Notes: generated by a model not told the origin, from the letters alone. A DNA stretch of 64,000 nucleotides from Tagaea sp. (GCA_965279525.1 CBDIIB010000003.1:352001-416000), one strand, 5' to 3'. Shown: positions 9,011 through 19,615, counted from the stretch's first letter. Numbers and translations are program-made.

Positions 9011-10303
9011 ATGGACAAAATCCGAATCCGCGGCGGCCGACCGCTCCAGGGCATCATCCCGGTCGGCGGCGCCAAGAACGCCGCCTTGCCGCTGATGGCG
9101 GCAAGCCTGCTCACCGACCAGACGCTCACGCTGGTCAACATCCCGCATCTGGCAGACATCACGACCCTGGCCAATCTGCTGGGCACGCTGGGGGTCGAGA
9201 TCGCGCTTGACGGGCATGCGCCCAATGGTGGCCACGCAGGGCGAGCACTCGCGCTTACGGCCCGCAAGCTCACCAGCACGACCGCCGAATACGAACTGGT
9301 GCGCAAGATGCGCGCCTCCGTGCTCGTGCTGGGACCTGTGCTGGCGCGCGAAGGTCGCGCACGGGTTTCGCTGCCGGGTGGCTGCGCCATCGGCGCCCGC
9401 CCGGTCGACCTGCATCTGAAGGGGCTCGAGCAGCTCGGCGCCACGATCGATCTGGCCGAGGGCTATGTCGACGCGCGCGCACCAAACGGACTCAACGGGG
9501 CACGGATCGTCTTCCCGTTCGTCTCTGTGGGTGCGACCGAGAACCTCATGATGGCAGCCACGCTGGCCCGCGGCCAGACGATGCTCGTCAATGCCGCGCG
9601 TGAACCCGAAGTCGGCGACCTTGCGCGCTGCCTCGTGGCGATGGGGGCTTCGATTTCCGGAATCGATTCCGACACGCTGACTATCGACGGCGGAAAGCCT
9701 CTGCATGGCGCGCGCCATACGATCCTGCCGGACCGGATCGAGATGGGCACCTACGCGATGGCAGCTGCCGCGACCGGCGGCGATGTCGAACTGGTGGGCG
9801 GACGGATCGAGCTGATCCAGGCCGCGGCCGACATCCTGCGCGGTGCGGGCGTTTCCTTCACGCAGACCGAAAGGGGTGTGCGCGTGAGCCGCGCGAATTC
9901 CGCCCTGACGGGCGTGGACGTCATGACCGAGCCCTATCCCGGCTTCCCGACCGACCTGCAGGCGCAGATGATGGCATTGCTGGTGCAGGCCGAGGGTGCC
10001 TCGATGATCACGGAGACGATCTTCGAGAACAGGTTCATGCACGTGCCGGAACTTCGCCGCATGGGCGCCAACATCAACCTGCACGGCGGCTCGGCGATGG
10101 TGCGCGGCGTGGCGCAGCTCACCGGCGCACCCGTCATGGCGACCGATCTTCGCGCGTCCGTGTCGCTCGTCATCGCCGGTCTTGCGGCGAAGGGCGAGAC
10201 GACGGTCGCGCGCGTCTACCATCTCGACCGCGGCTACGAGCGGCTCGAAGAAAAGCTGTCGGCCTGCGGCGCCGATATCGAGCGATTGAAGGACGCCGCA
10301 TGA
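9011..10303 (+). CDS. murA: UDP-N-acetylglucosamine 1-carboxyvinyltransferase
   Basis: [49 protein letters not shown]. Confidence 0.98.
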   Translation: MDKIRIRGGRPLQGIIPVGGAKNAALPLMAASLLTDQTLTLVNIPHLADITTLANLLGTLGVEIALDGHAPNGGHAGRALALTARKLTSTTAEYELVRKMRASVLVLGPVLAREGRARVSLPGGCAIGARPVDLHLKGLEQLGATIDLAEGYVDARAPNGLNGARIVFPFVSVGATENLMMAATLARGQTMLVNAAREPEVGDLARCLVAMGASISGIDSDTLTIDGGKPLHGARHTILPDRIEMGTYAMAAAATGGDVELVGGRIELIQAAADILRGAGVSFTQTERGVRVSRANSALTGVDVMTEPYPGFPTDLQAQMMALLVQAEGASMITETIFENRFMHVPELRRMGANINLHGGSAMVRGVAQLTGAPVMATDLRASVSLVIAGLAAKGETTVARVYHLDRGYERLEEKLSACGADIERLKDAA

Positions 10304-10716
10304 CCGCGGCTGGCGCCAATCTCCGGCTGCGGGCGGAGGATGCGGACGATTTCCGCGTCATCGCCGCCTGCCTTCAGGATGCGTTGGTGCCGCTCGGCGA
10401 CATGATGTTCGACGGCGATCTCAACGAGTTCGTCCTCGTCGCAAACCGTTTCCGGTGGGAGTCGTCGCCCGGCGAGCGCGTCCACTGCGCGGTCCATTTC
10501 ACCGGCGTGGCGGCCGTACGCCGGCGCGGCATCGAGCTTCGCGAGCGGAGCCGGATCCTCGACCTTCTGACCATCGAGGCCGAACCCGGTGCGGTCGTTC
10601 TTCTTTTTGCAGGCGATGTCGCCGTCCGGCTCGAAGGGGAGCGGATCGGTTGCCGGCTGCGCGATCTGGGCGAGTCCTGGCCGGCGGCCGGCACGCCACG
10701 ACATCCGGACGCCTGA
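10300..10716 (+). CDS. DUF2948 family protein
   Basis: [26 protein letters not shown]; conserved position after murA. Confidence 0.85.
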   Translation: MTAAGANLRLRAEDADDFRVIAACLQDALVPLGDMMFDGDLNEFVLVANRFRWESSPGERVHCAVHFTGVAAVRRRGIELRERSRILDLLTIEAEPGAVVLLFAGDVAVRLEGERIGCRLRDLGESWPAAGTPRHPDA

Positions 10717-10815
10717 CTTTCCGGCCCCTCACGCGGGCCACATTTCTCTGCTATGAGAAGGATGGCGACCCCTCCCGGGGGGCGCGTCTTCGCGGCAAAT
10801 CTGAAAGACAAGCCT

Positions 10816-11478
10816 TTGACTGCAAACGATAAAATAATCTTGGCCCTGCCCAACGGCCGGATCCTCGACGAGGCGATGCCGCTGCTGCGCAAGGCCGGCA
10901 TCCGGCCCGAACCGGAGTTCGACAATCCCGGTACCCGCCTGCTGCGCTTCCGCACCGACGATCCCGGTCTCGACATCGTCCGGGGGCGCGCGTTCGACGT
11001 CGCCACGCTGGTGGCCTTCGGAGCGGCACATCTGGGCGTGGTCGGCAACGACGTGATCGTCGAGTTCGACTATCCGGAAATCTATGCCCCGCTCGATCTT
11101 GGCATCGGCAAGTGCCGCTTGTCCGTCGCCGAGCCCGCCGAGCTTGCCGGCAAGGACGACCCGCGCAAGTGGAGTCACGTGCGCGTGGCGACCAAGTATC
11201 CGAACGTCACCCGCAAGCACTTCGCCAAGCGCGGCGTGCAGGCCGAGTGCATCAAGATGAATGGTGCCATCGAGTTGGCGCCGTCGCTGGGCCTCGCCCG
11301 CCGCATCGTCGATCTCGTATCGAGTGGCGCCACGCTGAAGGCCAACGGCCTCGTCGAGGTCGAACACATCGCCGACGTGACCTCGAAGCTGATCGTCAAC
11401 CGCGCAGCGCTCAAGACACGTCACGGCGAGGTACAGGGAATCGTGGACCGCCTCGCGGAGGTCGCCCGTGCCGCTTGA
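10816..11478 (+). CDS. hisG: ATP phosphoribosyltransferase, short form
   Basis: [44 protein letters not shown]; likely TTG start at 10816. Confidence 0.95.
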   Translation: MTANDKIILALPNGRILDEAMPLLRKAGIRPEPEFDNPGTRLLRFRTDDPGLDIVRGRAFDVATLVAFGAAHLGVVGNDVIVEFDYPEIYAPLDLGIGKCRLSVAEPAELAGKDDPRKWSHVRVATKYPNVTRKHFAKRGVQAECIKMNGAIELAPSLGLARRIVDLVSSGATLKANGLVEVEHIADVTSKLIVNRAALKTRHGEVQGIVDRLAEVARAA

Positions 11479-12769
11479 ATTGGATGCACGCGCACCGGGC
11501 TTCGCGGCGAAGTTCGAGCGCCTGATGAAGGCGCGCGCCCGTGAAGCCGGGTCTGCGGACGCTGTCGCCGCCCGGATCGTCGCCGACGTGCGCAAGCGCG
11601 GCGACGCGGCACTCGTCGCCTATACCAACCGCTTCGACCGCGTGCGCCTGACCGCGACCAGGCTTCGCGTCACGCCGCGCGAGATCGCCGCCGCGCTGAA
11701 GGCATGCGACCGGGAGACGGTCCGGGCGCTCGAACTTGCGGCTTCGCGCATCGCCGCTTTCCATGCCCGCCAGTGGCCGAAGGACGAAGTGTGGAAGGAC
11801 AGTGCGGGCCTTCTGCTCGGCTGGCGCTGGACGGCGCTGGATTCCGTCGGCCTCTACGTGCCTGGCGGGCTTGCGGCCTACCCTTCGTCGGTGCTGATGA
11901 ACGCCGTGCCGGCCAAAGTCGCCGGCGTGAAGCGTCTTGTCGTCGTGGTGCCGGCACCCGATGGACGCCTCAACCCGCTGGTGCTTGCGGCCTGCAAGAT
12001 CGCGGGTGTCGACGAGATCTACCGCGTTGGCGGCGCGCAGGCGGTCGCCGCACTTGCCTACGGCACGAAGACGATCGCGGCGGTCGACAAGATCACGGGG
12101 CCCGGCAATGCCTACGTGACGGCGGCCAAGCGGCTGGTGTTCGGCACGGTCGGCATCGATCTGATCGCCGGCCCGTCCGAGGTCGTCATCGTCGCGGATG
12201 CCGCAAACGATCCGCGCTGGATCGCGGTCGATCTGCTGGCGCAGGCCGAACACGACGGCGACGCGCAATCGATCCTGATCACCGACGATGCGGCATTCGC
12301 CAAGGCTGTCCGCGCCGCGGTCGCCGTCGAGCTGCGTGCCCATCCGCGCCGGGCGATCGCCGGCGCTTCGTGGCGGGATCATGGGGCGACGATCGTCGTT
12401 CGCAAGCTCGACGACAGCGTGGCGCTCATCGATGCGCTGGCGCCCGAGCATCTCCAGTTGGCCGTGGCGCGGCCCGAACGGCTTGCCGCGCGCGTGCGGC
12501 ACGCCGGCGCGATCTTCCTCGGCCGCTACACGCCCGAAGCCCTCGGCGACTATCTTGCCGGCCCGAACCATGTGTTGCCGACATCCAGAGCGGCGCGTTT
12601 CTCGTCGGGGCTGGGGCTCGACGCGTTTCTCAAGCGGACGACGCTGATCGGTGCCGACGCGGCCGGCCTCGCCCGCCTGGCGCCGGCCGGCACCGCACTT
12701 GCCCGTGCCGAAGGACTCGTCAGCCATGCGCAATCGATGGCGCTCAGAACCGCGCGCCGGAAGGGGTAG
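11468..12769 (+). CDS. hisD: Histidinol dehydrogenase
   Basis: [43 protein letters not shown]. Confidence 0.97.
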   Translation: MPLELDARAPGFAAKFERLMKARAREAGSADAVAARIVADVRKRGDAALVAYTNRFDRVRLTATRLRVTPREIAAALKACDRETVRALELAASRIAAFHARQWPKDEVWKDSAGLLLGWRWTALDSVGLYVPGGLAAYPSSVLMNAVPAKVAGVKRLVVVVPAPDGRLNPLVLAACKIAGVDEIYRVGGAQAVAALAYGTKTIAAVDKITGPGNAYVTAAKRLVFGTVGIDLIAGPSEVVIVADAANDPRWIAVDLLAQAEHDGDAQSILITDDAAFAKAVRAAVAVELRAHPRRAIAGASWRDHGATIVVRKLDDSVALIDALAPEHLQLAVARPERLAARVRHAGAIFLGRYTPEALGDYLAGPNHVLPTSRAARFSSGLGLDAFLKRTTLIGADAAGLARLAPAGTALARAEGLVSHAQSMALRTARRKG

Positions 12770-12772
12770 CCA

Positions 12773-13258
12773 ATGGACGGATCGTCCGAACGGCGCAACC
12801 GCATCTGCAAGATCGATCTGGACGAGCAGCTGCGCATCCGCCGGAACGCCGACATCGAGCACGAGCGGACGGTCGCCATCTTCGACCTGCTCGAGGAGAA
12901 CCTGTTCGAGCTTTCCGGCGACCTGCAGGGCCCGTACCACCTGACGCTCTCGATCGAGGATACGCGCCTCGCGTTCGACGTGCGCTCCGAAACGGGCGAT
13001 CCGCTCGACCGGACCGTGCTGCCGCTTTCGCCGTTCCGCGGCGTCATCAAGGACTATTTCACGGTCTGCGAGAGCTACTATGACGCGATCAAGCGGCTCT
13101 CGCCCTCGCAGATCGAAGCGCTCGACATGGGGCGGCGTGCCGTCCACAACGAAGGTTCCCAGCTTCTGCGCGAGCGGCTCGAAGGCAAGATCACGATGGA
13201 TCTCAACACCGCGCGGCGGCTGTTCACGCTGATCTGCGTCCTCCATATCCGGGCATAG
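12773..13258 (+). CDS. UPF0262 family protein
   Basis: EHERTVAIFDLLEEN, IEALDMGRRAVHNEG, ARRLFTLICVLH. Confidence 0.9.
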   Translation: MDGSSERRNRICKIDLDEQLRIRRNADIEHERTVAIFDLLEENLFELSGDLQGPYHLTLSIEDTRLAFDVRSETGDPLDRTVLPLSPFRGVIKDYFTVCESYYDAIKRLSPSQIEALDMGRRAVHNEGSQLLRERLEGKITMDLNTARRLFTLICVLHIRA

Positions 13259-13268
13259 CCGCACGGGG

Positions 13269-13730
13269 ATGACCGGCAAGGTCGGCAGCATCCTGTTCTG
13301 TTGCACGCTGAACGCGGTCCGTTCGCCGATGGCCGAGGGGCTGGCGAAGCGGCTGCTGGGCACGCGCGTCTATGTCGACTCGGCCGGGGTCAAGCGCGAC
13401 AGCGTCGACCCGTTCGTGATCGCGGCCCTCGACGAGATCGGGGTCGACATCCACCGCCACAAGGCCAAGACGATCGACGAGCTGCACGACAGCTCGTTCG
13501 ACGTGATCGTTTCCCTCAGCCCCGAGGCGCACCACAAGGCGCTGGAGCTGACGCGCATCATGGCCTGCGAGGTCGAATACTGGCCGACATTCGACCCCGC
13601 CTTGATACAGGAAGGCAGCCGGGAGGCGCGCATGGAGGGCTATCGCCAGCTGCGCGACCAGCTCAAAGCCCGCATTTTGAAGCGCTTCCCGGACGTCGCG
13701 GAGGACTTCCCGGTCTCCGAAGGCGCTTAA
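13269..13730 (+). CDS. Low-molecular-weight phosphatase / ArsC-like protein
   Basis: LFCCTLNAVRSPMAE CX5R loop, DSAGV, DP motif. Confidence 0.85.
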   Translation: MTGKVGSILFCCTLNAVRSPMAEGLAKRLLGTRVYVDSAGVKRDSVDPFVIAALDEIGVDIHRHKAKTIDELHDSSFDVIVSLSPEAHHKALELTRIMACEVEYWPTFDPALIQEGSREARMEGYRQLRDQLKARILKRFPDVAEDFPVSEGA

Positions 13731-13831
13731 GTGCTTGACCCGGAGGCCGTTCGGGGCCAATTTCCCGCCACTTTTCCAGCTTTCCGGGCCGCTTGGCGTG
13801 CCCGTCGGGCGGCGATCCCCAACGGAGGCCC

Positions 13832-14050
13832 ATGGCGAAAGAAGGTCTGATCGAGTTCTCGGGCGTAGTGCAGGAACTGCTGCCCAACGCGATGTTCCGC
13901 GTGAAGCTCGACAACAATCACGAAGTGCTTGCGCACACGTCCGGCAAGATGCGCAAGAACCGTATCCGCGTTCTGGCCGGCGACCGCGTCAATGTCGAGA
14001 TGACGCCGTACGATCTGACCAAGGGTCGGATCACCTTCCGCTTCAAATAG
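13832..14050 (+). CDS. infA: Translation initiation factor IF-1
   Basis: [11 protein letters not shown]...LPNAMFRV...[14 protein letters not shown]; GGAGG RBS. Confidence 0.98.
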   Translation: MAKEGLIEFSGVVQELLPNAMFRVKLDNNHEVLAHTSGKMRKNRIRVLAGDRVNVEMTPYDLTKGRITFRFK

Positions 14051-14057
14051 GTCCGGC

Positions 14058-14630
14058 ATGTCGCCGCCGCTCGTCCTGGCATCGGCGAGTCCGCGTCGGC
14101 GCGAGCTGCTGGCCCAGATCGGCGTGGTTCCGGCGGCAATCGTGCCGGCGGAACTCGACGAGACGCCTGAACGCGGCGAAACCGGACCCGAGCTTGCCCG
14201 GCGCCTGGCACTTGCCAAAGCGCAGGCGGTTGCCGCCACGCATGCGACATCGCGCGTTCTGGCAGCCGATACGGTCGTCGCGTGCGGGCGGCGCATCCTT
14301 CCCAAGGCGGAGACGCGCGACGAGGCCAAGGCCTGCCTCGATCTGCTCGGCGGACGGCGTCATCGCGTGCTCGGCGGGATCTGTCTGATCGTGCCGGGCC
14401 GGCGGCCCGTCTTGCGTCTGTCGGCCTCCGTCGTCGCGTTCAAGCGGCTGACGGCCTCGGAAATCGAGGCCTATCTCGCGAGCGGCGAATGGCAGGGCAA
14501 GGCCGGCGGCTATGCGATCCAGGGGCGCGCGGCGGCTTTCATCCGCTTCATCTCGGGAAGCTATTCGAACATCGTCGGTCTCGACCTCTTCGCCGTGGCG
14601 CAGATGCTGGGCGGCACGGAGCGCACATGA
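14058..14630 (+). CDS. maf: Maf family nucleotide pyrophosphatase
   Basis: LASASPRRRELL, LAADTVV, GKAGGYAIQG, SYSNIVGL. Confidence 0.95.
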   Translation: MSPPLVLASASPRRRELLAQIGVVPAAIVPAELDETPERGETGPELARRLALAKAQAVAATHATSRVLAADTVVACGRRILPKAETRDEAKACLDLLGGRRHRVLGGICLIVPGRRPVLRLSASVVAFKRLTASEIEAYLASGEWQGKAGGYAIQGRAAAFIRFISGSYSNIVGLDLFAVAQMLGGTERT

Positions 14631-15736
14631 AGGCAGCCATCGACGAAATCCTGATCGAGAGCGATACGTCCGAATATCGGGCGGTCGCGGTGGCTGACGG
14701 CAAGCTCGTCGACCTGGCGCGTGAGCCGGTCGACCGGCGCCTGGTTCCCGGCACCATCCATCTCGCGCGCGTCGGGCGGGTCGTGCCGCAGGTCGGCGCT
14801 TTCCTCGACCTCGCCGACGGCCTCAAGGCGCTTCTCGACGTCTCCGGTGCCCGCGTGCCGGCCCAGGGCGACCTGCTGCGCGTGCAGATCGTCGAGGCGC
14901 CGTCCGGCGACAAGCTCGCCCGGGCCGGGACCCGCATCACGCTTGCCGGCCGTCATGCCGTGCTCGTGCCCGGCGGAAAGGGCGCAAGCGTTTCCAAGCG
15001 GGCCGCCGCCCCCAAGCGGGAGGCCCTGCAGGCGCTCGCCGGTACCCTCCACCGCGAAGGGGAGGGGTTGGTCCTGCGTGCCGGCGCCGGATACGCCGAT
15101 GCCGGCGCCGTCGCGGACGAACTCGAGCGGCTGCGCGCACAGGCCGGCGAACTTGCCACCGGTGGCGACGTGCCGCGCATGCTGCTGGCAGACGATCCTT
15201 TCGCCACGCTGCTACGCACGCTCGCTCCGCAGGACGTGCCGGACTTCTTCTGCGACCGTGCCGAAACAGCGCTGGCCGCCCGCCTCGGGCTGAAGACCCT
15301 TTTTCCGGAAGTTTCCGGGCGTGTCGCCCATCTGCGCGACGGCGGGGCGATCTTCGAGCGGCACGGTGTGGCCGACATCCTCGTCACGCTCGGTTCGACG
15401 CGCGTCAATCTCGACAATGGCGCCTGGCTGTCGATCGAGTCGACCGCCGCACTCGTCGCGATCGACGTCAATCTCGGACGCGCGACGGCCGAGCCCGTCA
15501 GCGTGGACATGGCGGCGGCGCGCGAAATCGCACGCCAGATCCGGCTGCGCGATCTTGGCGGGCTCGTCGTCATCGATTTCCTGCGCCTGTCGAAGCCCGG
15601 CGAGCGCGCCCGCCTGATCGAGACCCTGAAACGTGCGACCGTGTCGGACCGCAAGCGGATCGACGTGCTCGGGTACACGGCCGGCGGCACCATCGAACTC
15701 ACCCGCGCGCGCGCGCGCGGCGGCTCGCTGGATTGA
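14627..15736 (+). CDS. Short ribonuclease E/G family protein
   Basis: S1-like N-terminus; AIDVN and IARQIRLRDLGGLVVIDF catalytic region; ATGA overlap with maf. Confidence 0.85.
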   Translation: MKAAIDEILIESDTSEYRAVAVADGKLVDLAREPVDRRLVPGTIHLARVGRVVPQVGAFLDLADGLKALLDVSGARVPAQGDLLRVQIVEAPSGDKLARAGTRITLAGRHAVLVPGGKGASVSKRAAAPKREALQALAGTLHREGEGLVLRAGAGYADAGAVADELERLRAQAGELATGGDVPRMLLADDPFATLLRTLAPQDVPDFFCDRAETALAARLGLKTLFPEVSGRVAHLRDGGAIFERHGVADILVTLGSTRVNLDNGAWLSIESTAALVAIDVNLGRATAEPVSVDMAAAREIARQIRLRDLGGLVVIDFLRLSKPGERARLIETLKRATVSDRKRIDVLGYTAGGTIELTRARARGGSLD

Positions 15737-15747
15737 GCGGGGGCACG

Positions 15748-15939
15748 ATGTCGCAGGTCGTCCCCCTCAAACGCAAGCCGCCAAAGGCACATTGCCCGAT
15801 GTGCCGGCGCGCCATCGTGCAGGAATTCCGCCCCTTCTGTTCGCGCCGATGCAAGGACGACGACATGCGGCGCTGGATCGAGGGCAGCTACCGCATTCCG
15901 ACACCGGAAACTCCCGGGGAGGGCGAGGACGGGGCGTGA
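15748..15939 (+). CDS. yacG: DNA gyrase inhibitor YacG
   Basis: CPMC...RPFCSRRC...W...YRIP. Confidence 0.92.
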   Translation: MSQVVPLKRKPPKAHCPMCRRAIVQEFRPFCSRRCKDDDMRRWIEGSYRIPTPETPGEGEDGA

Positions 15940-16349
15940 AGCCGATCCCCGAGATCGTGCATCACTGTCTGGACCTGCTGCGCAGTGTCGGTCCGGTCGC
16001 GCCGCGCCGGATGTTCAGCAGCTGGGGGATCTTCGTCCAGGGCCGGATGTTCGCGATCGTGTTCGACGAGACGCTCTATCTTAAGGTGGACGCGCACAAC
16101 CGCGCCGCGTTCGAGGCCGAGGGACTTGCGCCGTTCACCTACGAGGGAAGGAAAGGCCGGATGGTCGAGCTTCCCTATCGGCAGGCGCCGCCCGACGCGA
16201 TGGAAGACCCCGCCGCGATGCGTCCATGGGCGCAAGGGGCGGTCGACGCCGCCCTTCGCGCCGCGGCGCCGAGCGCCGTGCGATCCGGGCGCAAGACACT
16301 GGAAACAAACACCAAGAAGCGTCCAAGCCGTGCAGTGCCGAAGCGTTGA
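15936..16349 (+). CDS. TfoX/Sxy N-terminal domain protein
   Basis: RRMFSSWGIF...MFAIV...LYLKVD...PFTY; GTGA overlap with yacG stop. Confidence 0.85.
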   Translation: MKPIPEIVHHCLDLLRSVGPVAPRRMFSSWGIFVQGRMFAIVFDETLYLKVDAHNRAAFEAEGLAPFTYEGRKGRMVELPYRQAPPDAMEDPAAMRPWAQGAVDAALRAAAPSAVRSGRKTLETNTKKRPSRAVPKR

Positions 16350-16374
16350 CACATGCTTTGAGCCTCTCTATAAG
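16346..16374 (+). promoter_or_regulatory. sigma70 promoter of tRNA-Phe
   Basis: TTGACA-17 bp-TATAAG, 24 bp upstream of the tRNA. Confidence 0.7.
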
Positions 16375-16398
16375 CGCGGGTCTATCGCATTACCCGGT

Positions 16399-16474
16399 GC
16401 CCAGGTAGCTCAGTTGGTAGAGCATGCGATTGAAAATTGCAGTGTCGTTGGTTCGATTCCGACCCTGGGCACCA
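16399..16474 (+). tRNA. tRNA-Phe(GAA)
   Basis: GCCCAGG/CCTGGGC acceptor stem, D-arm AGCTCAGTTGGTAGAGC, anticodon loop TTGAAAA, TTCGA T-loop, encoded CCA; 76 nt. Confidence 0.97.
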
Positions 16475-17618
16475 TCTTCTTTTCAGTCTCATTGAAATCA
16501 ATGACTTGTGGGGTGGATTTGTCCCACTTTCCGTTCGCGATCTTTCGGTGGGACATTTTTTTGGTTCCAGCGGCAAGCTTTTTCATTCCGGATTTCGCCA
16601 TGGCTCGCTGATCAGCGGCCTTTGTGTAGCGATCGACTTCCTTGAGTGTTGTGTGGCCGGTAATTGCCTTGATCTCGTGCCCGGTTGCACCGAGTTCGGC
16701 GAGCCGCGCGCTCGCCGCTTTTCGAAGGCCGTGCGGACTAATGCCACCAAGCCCTGCTGCTTGAACCCATCTGCGGAAGGCGTTGCCGAAGCCATCACCG
16801 GTAAACGCACCACCGCGCGCACTTTGAAGAAAGGTCTCGCCGCCAGAGGTCGGCGTCCTTTTGATGATATGAGCCAATTCCGGAATAACAGGCAGGGTAA
16901 GTGTTACGGGCTTCTTCTTAGCGTTTTTGACCTGTGTGAAGGTAAGGCACCCATCCGCCATTTGCTGATGGCCGAGCCGGATGACATCCGACCGCCGCTG
17001 GCCCGTGTAGAGCAGAAGCGCGAGGGCCAAGCGCTGCTTTGTGCCGACAGGCCACTGTGTCTCGAACTTTCTTACTTCCTCGATCGTCCATTGCCGGAAG
17101 CCGTCAGGACTTGATGGTGGGAAGTAAGGCACCCTGCAGATGGGGTCGTCTTTGACCAGTTCGAGCGGCTTGCCGACCTTCCATACCTGGCGCAGATATT
17201 TGAGCAGGCTATTCGCTGCTGCAGGCGTATCGGCAAGGCTATCGCGGATCTGGATAACGTGCCGTTCACGCAGCATTTCAACGCGTTTGTCGCCATGTTC
17301 TTCACGGAATCGATCCAGAACTCGACGCCGTACGTTGCGGGTGCGTTCGTCGAGATGTTTGTAAGCGGCGCTGGAATAATACGCTGAGATGAGCTCGCTC
17401 ACCGACCCAGGCTTAGAGTTTTTCTGTAAAGAACTGGGCCGGGAGTCGGCGATGCGGCCTTCGATCGCTCTGCCAAAAGCCAGGTCGAAGCCCGGTGCGT
17501 CAGGTCCGAAGGGTAGTCGGATCTTGCGAGCACCCTTTCTGCGAACATACCAGCGAATGTTTCCATGTCGGTCTATATCGCGAACGAGATAGCGGTAACG
17601 GCGAACAATGCTGATCAT
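16410..17618 (-). CDS. Tyrosine recombinase/integrase
   Basis: Arm-binding N-terminus (DRHGNIRWYVRR); catalytic TGQRRSD, HGLRK, TGH and DRY residues; no stop until inside the tRNA. Confidence 0.93.
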   Translation of the reverse strand: MISIVRRYRYLVRDIDRHGNIRWYVRRKGARKIRLPFGPDAPGFDLAFGRAIEGRIADSRPSSLQKNSKPGSVSELISAYYSSAAYKHLDERTRNVRRRVLDRFREEHGDKRVEMLRERHVIQIRDSLADTPAAANSLLKYLRQVWKVGKPLELVKDDPICRVPYFPPSSPDGFRQWTIEEVRKFETQWPVGTKQRLALALLLYTGQRRSDVIRLGHQQMADGCLTFTQVKNAKKKPVTLTLPVIPELAHIIKRTPTSGGETFLQSARGGAFTGDGFGNAFRRWVQAAGLGGISPHGLRKAASARLAELGATGHEIKAITGHTTLKEVDRYTKAADQRAMAKSGMKKLAAGTKKMSHRKIANGKWDKSTPQVIDFNETEKKMVPRVGIEPTTLQFSIACSTN

Positions 17619-17866
17619 CGCGGACCACCGAAGTCATCCCATTCGTTGCCGTCGCTGCTTGTCGCCTTTGCACGCTGTTCATCGAGCCACGCGTCGAGAT
17701 CTTCCCTGTACCAAACCTTCAGATTTCCGACGGTGGGAATGGGCTTGGGAAGCTCGCCCGCACTGACTTTAGCGTCGAAGATGCTGCGGCTCATTCCGAC
17801 ATAGAACGCGGCGAATTCCGCTCGCATCCCTCTCGGCCACCCCGGCATTGTCGATGCATCGCGCAT
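17615..17866 (-). CDS. AlpA/excisionase-like HTH protein
   Basis: PRGMRAEFAAFYVGMS...GELPKP...VWYREDLDAWLD; stop overlaps the integrase start. Confidence 0.8.
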   Translation of the reverse strand: MRDASTMPGWPRGMRAEFAAFYVGMSRSIFDAKVSAGELPKPIPTVGNLKVWYREDLDAWLDEQRAKATSSDGNEWDDFGGPR

Positions 17867-18347
17867 CAGGCATCGCTCGCGTTCGAAAATCGGGACCAAT
17901 ATCCGGGGAGCGCAGCTGACATCAAGGTCGCCAGCCCGCCGCTCAGCGACGTGGAACGGTCGGAACTAAGTATCGTCTGCGGAAAGGAGGAAAATTGCAT
18001 GCCGTTGGCTCCTCCCTTCAACATGTGAAATCGATCTTGGAAAGGCAAGGAAACCGCCGGCGATCCTTCCCAACCCTTGTCGGATCGCTCGGATAGCGGA
18101 CGGACTTCCCGTGCATAACGGTGTTTCTTGCACCATGTGATTTCCCGACGGTAGGGCAAGAAAGAAAAAATGCAGATTGCCGAAGGACGCGGAGGAGGCC
18201 GCGGAACTGCGGATAGCTACGACGGTATGTGAAAATTCAAAAGCACATCGCAGGTTCGACTCATTAACTTGTGAAATCGAGTTCGAAGAAGCAAGGAACC
18301 TACGGGGCGGTCGGACTTGGGCGGGCTTCAGGAGGTTGATTGTTCGT

Positions 18348-18611
18348 CTATTTCTTTTCGACGACATTTCTCAGGCGAACGCCGGGACCAGCTTCGATAG
18401 TAGGCGGGATAAATTCAACACCAAGCGCTTCGAACAATTTCTGAAGCTTCTCGACCGTCGAAAGTCGTGGGTCCGCTTGACCGTTCTCGATCGCCGATAG
18501 GGCTCCTTTGGATATTCCGGTCCGCGCATGGATGTCGGCGAGAGTGAGGCCAACCATTGCGCGAGCGGCGCGTATTTGAGGAAGAGAGATCGTCATTAGC
18601 GTCAGATACAT
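18348..18611 (-). CDS. XRE-family HTH regulator
   Basis: QIRAARAMVGLT...SAIENG..DPRLST...FEALGVEF...GPGVRL. Confidence 0.85.
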   Translation of the reverse strand: MYLTLMTISLPQIRAARAMVGLTLADIHARTGISKGALSAIENGQADPRLSTVEKLQKLFEALGVEFIPPTIEAGPGVRLRNVVEKK

Positions 18612-18636
18612 TTTTTTCCGATAACAGACAAATTTT

Positions 18637-18660
18637 TCTTGTTTTTAGTTTTAAACAAGA
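18637..18660. promoter_or_regulatory. Inverted repeat in AT-rich divergent promoter (candidate XRE operator)
   Basis: TCTTGTTT-N8-AAACAAGA between the XRE and DUF3223 genes. Confidence 0.5.
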
Positions 18661-18696
18661 TTATTATACTTGTATAGCGAACAAAGGAGCATAGAA

Positions 18697-19440
18697 ATGA
18701 ACAGTCAACCGATTACCGTCGCCGGCCATACATTTTCAGGAAAGGGGGATTTGCGGAAGACCCTCACGGCAACCTTGAAGGAACAGAGGCCTGGCGTCCC
18801 GCTGTCTCCGCCGGCTGCGGCTCTCTTCCTGGCGGTCCTCCCGTCGCATCCGGCGGCCGCTGAAAAGATCGGCCCCGGTATTCGCTCCCTTCGGGTCGAA
18901 CTGCACCCTGTATATCGAACGCCGGTCCTCCTGATCGAGCGCAATGACGGCTCCGAAACCGACGTCTCCTACATTGCTGCTATCGCCCGCATTGGGCGTC
19001 CAGCGAACGACGACGAGCCCGAGACCCCGGAGACGGGTTCCGCCGACTTCGTCCGTGCCGCGCGTGAGGCGGTCCGGCCACAGATCGAGGCGTTCCGCAG
19101 GGAAGCACAGGCCCGTGCCGCCGATCCGCAGGGGAGGGTGCACTGCGGAATCACCGGTGATCTGCTGCCGCTGTGCGCATGTGATGTCGACCACGAGTTG
19201 CCATGGGATTTCTCCTCCATCCTGGAAGCCTTCGTGCACGAGCGGCAGCTCGTGACCTCGGACGTCGAGATCCACGGCTTCGAGGACGGGGCGGCCGGAC
19301 GACGCTTTGCGGATCCGGCGATGGTCGCGGATTTCGCGGACTACCATTTCGCGCGGGCAACCTTGCGGATCGTCGAGCGAAAGCTCCACCGCCGAATAAC
19401 CGCCGAGGCCCGCCGCGGTTTGGCGCCGAAGCGCGCCTGA
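18697..19440 (+). CDS. DUF3223 (DCL-like) domain protein with C-terminal HNH-like region
   Basis: HPAAAEKIGPGIRSLRVELHPVY...IERNDGSETDVSY resembles DUF3223; CGITG...DVDH...DYH...LR resembles HNH; AAGGAG RBS. Confidence 0.7.
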   Translation: MNSQPITVAGHTFSGKGDLRKTLTATLKEQRPGVPLSPPAAALFLAVLPSHPAAAEKIGPGIRSLRVELHPVYRTPVLLIERNDGSETDVSYIAAIARIGRPANDDEPETPETGSADFVRAAREAVRPQIEAFRREAQARAADPQGRVHCGITGDLLPLCACDVDHELPWDFSSILEAFVHERQLVTSDVEIHGFEDGAAGRRFADPAMVADFADYHFARATLRIVERKLHRRITAEARRGLAPKRA

Positions 19441-19615
19441 CATGCCGAGCCTCCGAACACGGCACCTGACCCGGCGGGATGTCAGGCACTCGTGCAATTC
19501 GGTAGGTGGCCGATCGATTCTGCCGATTTCGGCTCCGGTCATCGGACTGCCACCACAAAGATTCTTTCTCAAATAGCGGCGGCGAGATCTGGCTCGCCGC
19601 AGAAGGCGGCGTGCT

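Noticed and set aside
15704-15720. (CG)n run in the RNase E/G gene
   Set aside because: Simply encodes Arg-Ala-Arg-Ala-Arg in GC-rich coding DNA; no sign of phase variation
17870-18345. Small ORFs between excisionase and XRE genes
   Set aside because: Atypical composition and no recognisable motifs; probably regulatory or decayed DNA
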